A DNA stretch of 64,000 nucleotides, from NCBI GenBank assembly GCA_002269645.1, contig NIVC01001967.1, positions 153,418-217,417 of the forward strand. The letters run 5' to 3'. The number at the start of each line of letters is the position of its first letter. Position 1 is the stretch's first letter. The notes below the pieces were generated by a model that saw only the letters and a program-made list of their open reading frames with translations, had not been told where the DNA came from and ran no database searches. Below, piece by piece: positions 24,629 through 37,135 of the stretch. The position numbers and the translations under genes are program-made. This DNA is from Macrostomum lignano (Eukaryota).

Positions 24629-27166
24629 CTAGCAATCTAGTGCGGCCCCCCTTCGGGGCGCCCAATAAGCAAGGAGCAAAAATAGTTCATGGAAAAAAAT
24701 AAAAAAGCACATTTTCTTAAACACCAATTCCTTCTTCACTTTAAAAAATCACCTTATTAATGTCAAATTGTCATGGACAATGATATTTGCTATGAATCTC
24801 TTTTTCTAAAATTAACAAACAGACAACAGAATATAGCTTTCACAAAGATAACAGACATTCCACCTAAATAGAAAATATTCCCAAGACAGCAAGCATCCCT
24901 CCAGATAGCAAGCACCCTCCTCCAAAAGTAAGCAACCGCAGATAGCAAGCATCTCCCAAATATTGTAGAAGCATCCATCCAGATAGCAAGCATCCACCCA
25001 GGTAGCAAGAATCCACCCAGATAGCAAGCATCCACCCAGATAGCAAGCATCCACCCAATAGCAAGAATCCACCCAGATAGCAAGCATCCTGCACAATGCA
25101 CATAGCAAGTATATCCCAGATATTGTAGAAGTATCCACCCAGATAGCAAGCATCCTGCACATAGCAAGCACCCCCCAGATATTGTAGAAGCATCCACCCA
25201 GATAGCAAGCATCCCTGGATAGAAAGAATCCCATACATGTAGCCAAGCTTATCAAGTGCAGTAATCCTTGGTTTATCAAGTGCAGTAATCCTTGGTTTAT
25301 CAAGTGCAGTAATCTTTGGTTTATCAAGTGCAGTAATCCTTGGTTTATCAAGTGCAGTAATCCTTGGTTTGCCAAGTGCAATAATCCTTGGCTTATCAAG
25401 TGCCGTAATCCTTGGCTTATCAAGTGCAGTAATCCTTGGCTTATCAAGTGCAGTAATCCTTAGCTTATTAAGAGCAATAATTCTTGGCTTATCAAGTGCA
25501 GTAATTCTTGGCTTATCAAGCGCAGTAATCCTTGGTTTTTTAAGAGCAATAATCCTTGGCTTATTAAGAACAATAATCTTTGGTTTATCAAGTGCAATAA
25601 TCCTTGGCCTATTAAGAGCAATAATCCTTGGTTTATCGAGTGCAGTAATCCTTAACTTATTAAGAGCAATAATCCTTGGTTTATCAAGCGGAGTAATCCT
25701 TGGTTTGCCAAGTGCAATAATCCTTGGCTTATTAAGAGCAATAATACTTGGCTTATTAAGAGCAATAATCCTTGGTTTATCAAGTGCAGTAATCCTTGGT
25801 TTGCCAAGTGCAATAATCCTTAGCTTATTAAGAGCAATAATTCTTGGTTTATCAAGAGCAGTAATCCTTGGTTTATTAAGAGCAATAATCCTTGGCTTTT
25901 TAAGAGCAATAATCCTTGGCTTATCAAGCCCAGTAATCCTTGGTTTATTAAGAGCAATAATCCTTGGTTTATCAAGCGCAGTAATCCTTAGCTTATTAAG
26001 AGCAAAAATTCTTGGCTTATCAAGTGCAGTAATCCTAGGCTTATCAAGCGCAGTAATCCTTGGTTTATCAAGTGCAGTAATCCTTGGTTTATCGAGTGCA
26101 GTAATCCTTGGTTTGCCAAGTGCTATATTCCTTGGCCTATTAAGCGCAATAGTCCTTGGTTTATCAAGCGCAGTAATCCTTGGCTTATCAAGTGCAATAA
26201 TCCTTGGCCTATCAAGTGCAATAATCCTTGGTTTATCAAGTGCAGTAATCCTTGGCTTATCCAGTGCAATAATCCTTGGTTTATCAAGTGCAATTATCCT
26301 TGGTTTATCAAGTGCAATAATTTTTAGTTTATCACACATGTGCAGTAATCTCTGGCTTAATAAGTGCAATAATTCTTGGTTTATCAAGCGCAGTAATCAT
26401 TGTTTTATCAAGTGCAATAATTTTTGGTTTATCAAGTGCAGTAATCCTTGGTTTATCTAGCACCATAATCCAGGTCTTTTTAATTATTTTTTTAATAAAA
26501 GCTTTCAATAAAAAAATTATGCTACTTTTATTCTTTTATACACTACTACATGTACATGTATAAGATTCGAACCCAGGTTGCTGCATTAGCAGTCCAGTGT
26601 GTTTACATCTAGGCTAGCTCTCATTGAAATTTTATATGAATTTGTAGCACTTATAATTCAACACTCACACCAAGTCAATTGAGTAAAAGTTACACAAAGC
26701 AGTTATGACACAATCAATTTTTTAGGCAAGTCATACCAGTCTAAAAAAGTTAGCAATATGGTTACGCAATATAAATCAAGTATTGTGCTATGCTTCCACA
26801 CTGCGTTTTCAATACTGTGACGTAATTCAGTGTCAAAATTCAGCCAGTACATAGACGATAAATAAAGCCTATTGTTATGATGCAATCTATTTCAGAATCA
26901 GAATTCAACCAGTCAGTTTTTTTTCTCTAGCATTCTTACAATGCATTTCAAGTCAAAAGAGCTGCTTGACCTTTGCAAAAAAGCATGTTTTTCGAATATT
27001 TAATCCCTTTAGCATCAAGCAATTTCTTAGCCACGATGCATGTACCGTCACGGAAAAATTTCTGATTGAACAGTGCAAGTTCGAACAAAATCGGTTGAGC
27101 CGTTTTTGCTAAAATCGATCACACACACACACACATATACCGACAGACCATTTTTAGTATATTGGA
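24629..27166 (-). mobile_element. non-autonomous Helitron H3, complete copy of the H2 family
   Basis: Minus strand starts TCCAATATAC at 27166, then core, tRNA-like cassette, 24-bp array (25248-26465), 18-bp array (24885-25215), CCCC-GAAG-GGGG hairpin and CTAG at 24629-24632. Confidence 0.88.
26561..26621 (-). promoter_or_regulatory. tRNA-Ser(GCT)-derived cassette (H3)
   Basis: Reverse complement reads GAGCTAGCCTAGATGTAAACACACTGGACTGCTAATGCAGCAACCTGGGTTCGAATCTTA. Confidence 0.75.
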
Positions 27167-30100
27167 CTAGCCATTTAGCCCCCCGCTGGGGAGCCTTGAA
27201 AATGACACCAATTGGTTTTTATTTTGGCACAAGAGTAACCTTACTATAATCATCCAAAATTTTGATTTCCAATAATCAAAAATTACCTTTTCTCATTTTG
27301 GCAGAAATAAATTGTCATTAATCCGAATTTTATTAGCCAAAAAAGTTTCGTTCATCAGCTCAAAACCCTTTCTAAATCAGCAAATAGTGCTTATCCTTTC
27401 AAGCACAAACTCTTGATGCATATCGTCACTGGCCGGGGCATATTCTGATCCGCAGCAGGAGCTCAATATGCAAATCCCTGACGCCCTTAGACCCTCTCTC
27501 TATATTAGCCTAAATCAAAGGATCAAACCAGCGCAAAGGATTAAATGCGCTGGTATTTCCTATTAGCAGAAATCAGCATCACTTGTGTACTTTTTCATTA
27601 TCTGAATTACATGAGCTACTTGAGCCGTACTACCTGACTATCTGACAATCGCCCAACAACCTAACACCCCTCAAAAAAATTCAGCCATCGTCCATGAGCC
27701 TTGACATCTCAGTAATTTCCACAGTAAGCCTTGATGTCTGAGGAATTCCCCCAGGAAGCCTTGACATCTCAGCAATTCCCCCAGTAAGCCTTGACATCTC
27801 AGCATTCCCCCAGTAAGCATTGAGATCTCAGCAATTCCGCCAGTAAGCCTTGGCATCTCAGCAATTCCCCCAGTAAGCCTTGACATCTCAGCAATTCCCC
27901 CAGTAAGCCTTGACACCTCAGCAATTCCCCCAGTAAGCCTTGAGATCTCAGCAATTCCCTCAGTAAGCCTTGACATCTCAGCAATTCGCCCAGTAAGCTC
28001 TGAGATCTCAGTAAGCATAGAAATCTTAGCAATTCCCAGTAGGACTTGACATTTTAGCAATTCCCAGAAAGCCTTGACACCTCAGCAATTCCTAGTAGGA
28101 CTTGACATCTCAGCAATTCCCCCATTAAGCCTTGACATTGCAGCAATTCTCCCAGCGCAGTAATTAGCCTTGACATCCCAACAACCCAACTCCCCTCTCC
28201 CAAGAATTCAGCAATCCCCTTATAAGCCTTGATAACTCAGCTATTCCCCCATGAGCTTTGATATCTTAGCAAGTCTTTAATTGATTGTTGACAGCGGTGA
28301 TTCTATGATTGAACCAAAACTGACCCTAAGCCCCCAAACCTACCCATAAGTGAGTCTTGGCATGTTAGCAATTTCCACTATGAGCCTTGAGCCTCAGCAT
28401 TAAAGTAACTTCCTCATAAGTTTTGTAATCTGAATTTCACCGAAAGCCTTGACCTATCAGCAATTCCCCGTAGAGCCAAAGCATTTAAGTAATTCGCCCC
28501 AAGAGCCTTTAATCTTAGCAATTCCTCGATGGATCATTGATGGTTGTCACGACGATCGCTCTATAATTTAACCAAAACCATAACCCTTAACCTTTAGTCG
28601 AATTTCAGCAATTCCCCAATGAGCTTTGGAAATGTTAGCAATTTTCCCATGAGCCTGAAAATTGAGTGACTAACCATTTGAAATCTTGGCACTTGCATTT
28701 CAACAATTAATTTCAGCAATTTCACAAATGAAACTTGAAATCAAAGCAATTCTCCCCAGAATGACATAATTATAGCAATTCTCCTTTGTCTTGATATCTT
28801 ATAAATTCTTCCATGAGTATTGATATATCACAGCAATTTACCATACGAGCATTATGCTCGTAGCAATGGTCTTAGCAGTCTTAACAGTCAGCAATTCCCG
28901 ATGAGACTTTTGCTTTCGACAGGGCGCTTTTTTATGATTGACATGATGATTCTTGTTCGTTTTTTCTTGCCTTTGCGTTTTCTTCTCTTTAAAAGAAGTT
29001 TATATTAAAAAATACAATATTTCACTATAGCTTTCTGCAGTTTAGCAATGGTTCACCAGCAGTTTAGCAATGCAGTTTAGCAATGCTTCACCAGCAGTTT
29101 AGCAATGGTTCACCAGCACTGTTTTGCACAATCAGTGAGCAGATGGCCACTAATCTTTGCATATGGCCATATTGCTTCTGCATAATCGAAACCATTTAAA
29201 ATGTTTTTGCAACTTGCAGGGTAAATTTAATCTCCTTACATATTTATTATTTTATTATATGCGTCGACAGATTAGCACTGCTCTCCCCGATTAGCGCTGC
29301 TCACCCAGATTAGCAATACCCTTTGTAAATTAGCACTTACAGCAGATGAGCACTGCTCTTGAAGCTTAGCGTAGCCCCAGCGAAAGTATATATAAAATAA
29401 AATGTTAAAAATTTGCATGAATTCCCATAGGAAACAATGATTATTGTCACAAAGATAAATTCGCTGCTTTAATGTAGACTCGAACTGCCGACCTTCTACT
29501 AAAAACGTTACTATTCTAGAAGTTTAGTAACTTCGCACTTTGAAGTTAACCCCCCCCCCACCCAGAAATCGGCAGTTATCCCCACAACATCCTGAAATTA
29601 GCTATCACTTCTAATCCCACAAACAGACTGCAGTCATACTCTTAGCAGCCTGCAGATATCCACTGTGCCGTCTACAACTTTCATTAACATCAGCAAACTA
29701 CAATACTTCACTCAGCAGTCCGCAGTTATCCACTCAACAACTTGCACTTAATTCTTCACAGCTATTATCCACTTTAAACTCTGTAGATAGTTATCCCCTC
29801 AACAGTTTGCTGCTATGCACTCATAAGTGTTGAGGAACTACCTCAGCAGTTTGTTCCATTTTTCCCTTTGCAGTCTGCATGAATGATCCCTTTGACAATC
29901 TGCAGTTCCACTCAGCATCTTCTGTTCTCCTTTTCAATAATCTTGCAATCTTCCAATAATCTAAAAATGTGCTCAGCATTTTACGGCTCACTAAACATTT
30001 TTAAGTACATATCGGCATTCTTAAAAAGCTCAAAATTTAGCAATTTTAAGAAATTTAAGAAATTTTAACAGCATGGTCTGCAGTTTAATAGCAATTTCAT

Positions 30101-31283
30101 ACAATTTCATACTTTCATGGTGCGAGGCAGTACTCGTTGATGGGATCAGTAATACACGAAGCAGTTTTTTAAAATCAAATTTGATAAGTGGCTTGTGCCA
30201 AGTAGCAAAAATTATTTGCTAATTAATAAAAATTGTTGCAATTAAAATTAATAAAAAATATGTTATATTTAGTCGAGTCACAAGCTACAAATGAATGAAT
30301 TTACTTATTTTAATTATCCACCGGGAGGCGGACTCGAACCTTGGACCTTACGCCTAGCCTAAACCTAGTCCTAGTGCCTACACTGCGGCTATTCCGCCTA
30401 CTGATGGAAGGGCGCAAAAATCAGACATATATGCTTCGGCACTGCAGTCAAATACATACCAGTGATAGCCTGCATGCTCAGTGTGCACAGTTTTGGTGCT
30501 GGCAGAGCCATTGCACAGTTAAGTAAATCTCTCAATTTCAATACTTTTAAAATGCACTGGCTGATTTCTCTCTCCCTCCAGAGTGCCTGCGCAATGCTTG
30601 GCACACTGCCTCCTGCTGAAAAGCTCAGAGTCAGTTTATAGCGAGAATATGCAGTACGCAGTTGTGGCGCAATCATTTAGAATTGTAATTCAGCCAGTCA
30701 AGAATTCAACCCTGCTTGGCCTTCCATTAAAAGCATTTAGATAAACTTGTTTTTCGAATATTTAATACCTTTAGCATTGAAGCAGATTAAAGAAATTTTA
30801 GCTGTCCTCTTTCCAGATAATTACAAAACTTTTGGCCAAAACGCGATCAAAATTGGTCAAGAATTGCAGTCTGTAGAGCGTTACGAAAAACAGATCTTTG
30901 ACGCTTAAAAAGCTCGCTGCTAGCCTCCAGAATAATTTTATTTTTGACCCCTGGTATGGTTGCGCAATTTAAATAGAGTAATTATCTGGGCAGTGGGGCC
31001 CATTGAGTTTTCTGATCAGTTCGCTCTGGCGCAATCAATTAAAATTGGCAGTGAAGCTTCTCGCTGATAAAATTTGCATTGAAAAAGGCCATTTAAAACA
31101 GTTTTTCGAATATTTAATCCCTTTAGCATTGGAGCAGATTAAAGAAATTTTAACCGTCTTCTTTCCAGACAATTTTGAATCTTTTGGCGAAAACGCGATC
31201 AAAATCGGTGAAGAATTGCAGTCTCTAGAGCGTTATGGACATTCAAGCATACAAACCTTAGAGATTTAGTATATTTAGATAGA
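27167..31283 (-). mobile_element. non-autonomous Helitron H4 (30-bp array, second tRNA-like cassette)
   Basis: Minus strand starts TCTATCTAAATATACTAAATCTC and ends with a CCCC-AGCG-GGGG hairpin and CTAG at 27167-27170. The 30-bp array is at ~27690-28150. Confidence 0.85.
30319..30398 (-). promoter_or_regulatory. tRNA-like A/B-box cassette, type 2 (H4)
   Basis: Reverse complement GGCGGAATAGCCGCAGTGTAGG...GGTCCAAGGTTCGAGTCCGCC has an A-box-like TAGCCGCAGTG and a perfect B box GGTTCGAGTCC. Confidence 0.6.
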
Positions 31284-34200
31284 CTAGCCATTTAGCCCCC
31301 CTCTGGGGAGCCTTGAAAATGACACCAATTGGTTTTTATTTTGGCACAAGAGTAACCTTACTATAATCATCCAAAATTTTGATTTCCAATAATCAAAAAT
31401 TACCTTTTCTCATTTTGGCAGAAATAAATTGTCATTAATCCGAATTTTATTAGCCAAAAAAGTTTCGTTCATCAGCTCAAAACCCTTTCTAAATCAGCAA
31501 ATAGTGCTTATCCTTTCAAGCACAAACTCTTGATGCATATCGTCACTGGCCGGGGCATATTCTGATCCGCAGCAGGAGCTCAATATGCAAATCCCTGACG
31601 CCCTTAGACCCTCTCTCTATATTAGCCTAAATCAAAGGATCAAACCAGCGCAAAGGATTAAATGCGCTGGTATTTCCTATTAGCAGAAATCAGCATCACT
31701 TGTGTGTACTTTTTCAGTATCTGAATTACATGAGCTACTTGAGCCGTACTACCCGATTATCTGACAATCGCCCAACAACCTAACACCCCCCCCCCAAAAA
31801 AAATTCAGCCATCATCCATGAGCCTTGACATCTCAGCAACTTCCACAGTAAATCTTGAGATCTCAGAAATTATCCCAGTAAGCCTTGAGATCTCAGCAAT
31901 TCCCCCAGTAAGCCTTGACATCTCAGCATTCCCCCAGTAAGCATTGACATCTCAGCAATTCCCCCAGTAAGCCTTAAAATCTTAGAAATTATCCCAGTAA
32001 GTTTTAAGATCTCAGCAATTCCCCCAGTAAGCCTTGACATCTCAGCAATACCCCAGTAAGCCTTGACATCTCAGCAATTCCCTAAGTAAGCCTTGAGATC
32101 TCAGCAATTCCACCAGTAAGCCTTGACATCTCAGCAATACCCCCAGTAATCTCAGCAATACCCCCAGTAAGCCTTGATGTCTGAGGAATTCCCCCAGTAA
32201 GCCTTGACATCTCAGCAATTCCCCCAGTAAGCCTTGAGATCTCAGCAATTCCCAGTAAGCCTTGACATCTCAGAATTCCCCCAGTAAGCCTTGAGATCTC
32301 AGAAATTATCCCAGTAAGTTTGGAGATCTCAGCAATTCCCCCAGTAAGCCTTGACATCTCAGCAATTCCCCAGTAAGCTTGAGATCTCAGCAATTCCCCC
32401 AGTAAGCCTTGACATCTCAGCAATTTAAGCTTGAGATCTCAGCAATTCCCCCAGTAAGCCTTGACATCTCAGCAATTCCCCCAGTAAGCCTTGACATCTC
32501 AGCAATTCCCTCAGTAAGCCTTGACATCTCAGCAATTCCCCCAGTAGGCTCTGAGATCTCAGCAATTCCCCCAGTAAGCCTTGACATCTCAGCAATTCCC
32601 CCAGTAAGCCTTGACGTCTCAGTAGGCATAGAAATCTTAGCAATTCCCAGTAGGACTTGACATTTTAGCAATTCCAAGAAAGCCTTGACATCTCAGCAAT
32701 TCTTAGTAGGACTTGACATCTCAGCAGTTTCCCCATTAAGCCTCGACATTGTAGCAATTCTCCCAGCGCAGTAATTATAGCCTTGAGATCCCAACAACCC
32801 AACTCCCCTCTCCCAAGAATTCAGCAATCCCCTTATAAGCCATGATAACTCAGCTATACCCTCATGAGCTTTGATATCTTAGCAAGTCTTTAATTGATTG
32901 TTGACAGCGGTTAATCTATGATTGAACCAAAACTGACCCTAAGCCCCCAAACCTACCCATAAGTGAGTCTTGGCATGTTAGCAATTTCCACTATGAGCCT
33001 TGAGCCTCAGCATTAAAGTAACTTCCTCATAAGGTTTGTAATCTGAATTTCACCGAAAGCCTTGACCTGTCAGCAATTCCCTAAGAGCCAAAGCATATAA
33101 CTAATTCGCCCCTTTAATCTTTGAAATTCCTTGATGAATCATTTATGATTGACACGACGATCGCTCTATAATTAAACTCAAATCCTAACCCTTAACCTGC
33201 AGCCGAGTCACAGCATTTCAGCAACTCCCCCTCTCAGCTCAAGAATTTCAGCAATTCCCCAATGAGCTTTTGAAATCTTAGCAATTTTCCCATGAGCATG
33301 AAACTTTAGCGACTAACCTTTTGATATCTTGGCACTTTCACATGAGTCTTATGGTTGAAAACTAACCCTGCCAAGTCACAGCATTTCAGCAATTCCCACC
33401 GTAAACCACAGCATTTCAACAAATACCCAATGAACCTTGACATTTCGTGAATTTCAGCTATTCGCTTTAGGAGCCTTTGAAATCTCAGTCATTCCCCCGT
33501 GAACCTTAGCATCTCAGCAATACCCAAGAGTCACAGCCTACAGCATTACAGGGATCCCCCGTGAGCTTTGAAATCTCAGCTATTCCCCAATGAGCCTTGA
33601 TATCTCAGCAACTCCTATTTGAGCCACAAAATTTCGGCATTATGAGCAGGTACTGCAATCACAACAATCCCCCTGAGCATTGAGCCACATTATAATTCGG
33701 ATATCCCCCCACGAGCCTTTAAAACTTAGCAATTCCCCAATGAGTATTTAATGTTAGACAGGCCTATTCATTTATATGGTTTACGTCTTACTCTTACCCT
33801 AACAATGTCGGCAATTCCCTCAAGAGCCACAGCATTCCAGAAATTATTTCCATGAGCCTTGACAGCAAATAATTTTAATGAGCCTTGATACCTCAGAAAT
33901 TTCTCAAATGGAATTTGAAATCAAAGCAATTCTGCCCAGAATCACATCAGTATAGGAATTTCCCTCTGAGACTTGACAAGACATCTCAGAATTTCTCTCA
34001 TGGGCCTTGATCTGGCCCATGGCCCAGTAAGCCTTGAAATCTCAATAATTCCCCAGTAAGCCTTGACATCTCAGAAATTCCCTCATTAAGATCGACATCG
34101 CAGCAATTGAACTTAAGCTTTGAAATCAAAGCAATTCTCCCCTGAATCACATCATTATAGCAATTACCGCTGAGCCTTGAGATCTTAGAAATTCTCCCAT

Positions 34201-37135
34201 GAGTCTTGATATCACAGAAATTTTCCATACCAGCCTTGACATCTTAGCAATTCACATTGAGTATTTTATTCTCGACAGACCGCTTCTTTTATGGTTGACA
34301 TGATGATTCTTTTGTCGCTTTTTCTTGTGTTGAGTTTTCTTCTGTTTAAAGTAGCATTTATTAAAAACTTACAGTGGTTTACCATCACTTTAGCAATGGT
34401 TTACCATCACTTTAGCGATGGTTCACCAGCAATTTAGCAATGGTTCACCAGCAGTTTAGCAATGGTTCACCGGCACTGTTCCGCAAAATCTGGGAGCAGA
34501 TGGCTACTGATCTCCATATGCTTCTCAATAATCGAAACCATTTGAAATGTTTGCAACTTGCAGTTTAAAATTGATTTGCAATTCTCTTGCATATTTATTA
34601 TTTCATTGTACGTCAGATTAGCACTGCTCACCCAGATTAGACCCTTTGCAAATTAGCACTTACAGCAGATTAGCACTGCTCTAGAAGACTAACGCAGCCC
34701 CAGCAAAAGTATCTTTAAATTTAAGTGTTTAACATCTCCATGAATCTGCATAGGATGCAATCATTATTGTCACAGGTCACAAAGATAAATTCGCTGCTTC
34801 AATGCAGGCTCGAACTGCTGACATCAAAGCATTCTGTTTGCTTCTGCTTGATACTGCCTGCCTACTGCGGCTATTGTGCCTATTGACATGTGGTCGAAAT
34901 AATCTAGTTTAGCAACTTCAGCCGTTTGAAGTTAACCCCCGGAAATCGGCATTTATCCCCACAACAACCTGAAATTATCCCTTCATCTAATCCCGCAAAA
35001 AGACTGCAGTTATTTCTTAGCAGCCGGCATTTATCATCCACTTTGCATTTTAAAACTTTTATTAAAATTAAGAATGCATACCCTCAGCGGCATAGAATTG
35101 TCCCCTTAGCCAAAAATATTTCACTTAGCAGCCGCAGAAATCCCCTAAACAACTTGTACTTAATCTTCCACAGTAAATATCCACTCAAAACTCAATAGTT
35201 AGTTATAAGCCTCAGAAGTCTGCCATTATCCTCTAATTAGTCCGCAGTTTTCCCTCTCAGCAGTCTGCAGCTATACGCTCATACGTCTGGAGGAACTACC
35301 TCAGCAGTTTGCAGTTGTTTCCCCTTTGTAATCTGCAATGATCCCTTCGACAGTCTGCAGTTCCCCTCAGCAGTCTGCAGTCATTTCATTTTCAGTCTAC
35401 AACTGTACCATTAACGATTTTCATTTATTCTCTCAGCAGCCTGCAGTTCTCCTCTCGGCCGGCTCCTCAGTCTCCTCTGCAAACTGCAATTTGCTCAGAA
35501 TTGTACGGCTCACTAATCAATTTTCGATACATATCGGCAGTCTTGAAAAGCTCAGCATTTAGCAGCATTGTCTGCAGTTTAGTAATTTCGTACTTTTATG
35601 GAGCTAGACAATACCCATTGATGGGATCAGTTATACTCGAAGCAGTTTTTACAAATCAAATTTGATTAGTGGCTTGTGCCGAGTAGCAAAAAATGAATTG
35701 CCAATTAATAAAAAAATGTTTCAATTGAAATTAAATAAAAAATGTTTCAATTAGTCCAGGCACAAGCTATAAATTATTGAATTATTTGAATTTTTATTAT
35801 CCACTAGGGAGGCAGACTCGAACCTTGGACCTTACGTCTAGCCTAAACCTAGTCCTAAGTGCCTACACTGCGGCTACTCCGCCTATTGATGGGAGGACAA
35901 CAAAATCAGCCATATATGCTTCAGAACTGCAGTTAAAATACATAGCAGTGATAGGCTGCTGAGTGTGTAGGCGTGCAGGCGGAGCCAATGCACAGTTGAT
36001 TGAGTGAAATCTAGCAATTTTCTATGGAGTCCGCCAGTCAGAGCCAGGGTCAGAATGTACACACGCAGCCACTGAGCATTTTTTCTCCTTGCACACTGCA
36101 ACCAGTATTGAAGCTTACACAGTGGAGAGAGAAAAGTTATGGCGCAATCATAATTGGAATTGGAATTCAGCCAGTCCAGTCAAGAATTCAAGCTAGTTTG
36201 CCCTACCATTAAAAGCATTGGGAAAACTCGTTTTTCGAATATTTGATACCTTTAGCATTAAAGCCAATTAAAGAAATTTTAACTGTCTTCTTTCCAGATA
36301 ATTACAAATCTTTTCGTGGAAACGCGATTAAAATTGGTCAATTGGTTCTATCTCTAGAACGTTATGCAAATACTAACACAAATTCTCTTCGAGTGAAAGT
36401 CACACGAAGCAGCTATGACATAATCAAATACTCAGGCAGTCAGCATCAGTCTCATTTAAAGTTAGCAATATGGTTACGCAATTTCTGTCTTTCAACTTGG
36501 CACAGTGTTTTCAACTTGTTGTGATGCAATCTTTATCAAAATCAGAATTCAGTCAGTCGGTTTTTTCTCTAGCATTCTTACAGCGCATTTCAAGTCGAAA
36601 TAGCTGCTTGACCTTTGCAAAAAAGCATGTTTTTCGAATATTTAATCCCTTTAGCATTGAAGCAGATACAAGAAATTTGAACCATACAATCCCAGGCTGA
36701 TTACAAATCTTTTGGCGAAAACGCGATGTAAATCGGTGAAGAATTGCAATCTCTAGAGCGTTATGGACAAGCAAGCAAGCAAGCAAGCAAGCATACAAAT
36801 ATTAGAGATTTAGTATATGTAGATTTTTTATTGCCCTCCTTTAAGTGGAGCGGAGTGAGTTTTATTATCAGTTGGCTCTGGCGCAATCAATTAAAATTGG
36901 CAGTGAAGTTTCTGGCTGATAAAATTTGCATTGAAAAAGGCCATTTAAAACAGTTTTTCGAATATTTAATCCCTTTAGCATTGGAGCAGATTAAAGAAAT
37001 TTTAAACGTCTTCTTTCCAGACAATTTTGAATCTTTTGGCGAAAACGCGATCAAAATCGGTGAAGAATTGCAGTCTCTAGAGCGTTATGGACATTCAAAC
37101 ATACAAACCTTAGAGATTTAGTATATTTAGAAAGA
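31284..37135 (-). mobile_element. non-autonomous Helitron H5, H4 family, with stacked 5' modules
   Basis: Minus strand starts TCTTTCTAAATATACTAAATCTC at 37135. The 3' tail 31284-31800 is nearly identical to H4 27167-27690. The 30-bp array is at ~31810-32750 and CTAG at 31284-31287. Confidence 0.85.
35801..35885 (-). promoter_or_regulatory. tRNA-like A/B-box cassette, type 2 (H5)
   Basis: Homolog of 30319-30398: GGCGGAGTAGCCGCAGTGTAGG...GGTTCGAGTCTGCC. Confidence 0.55.
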
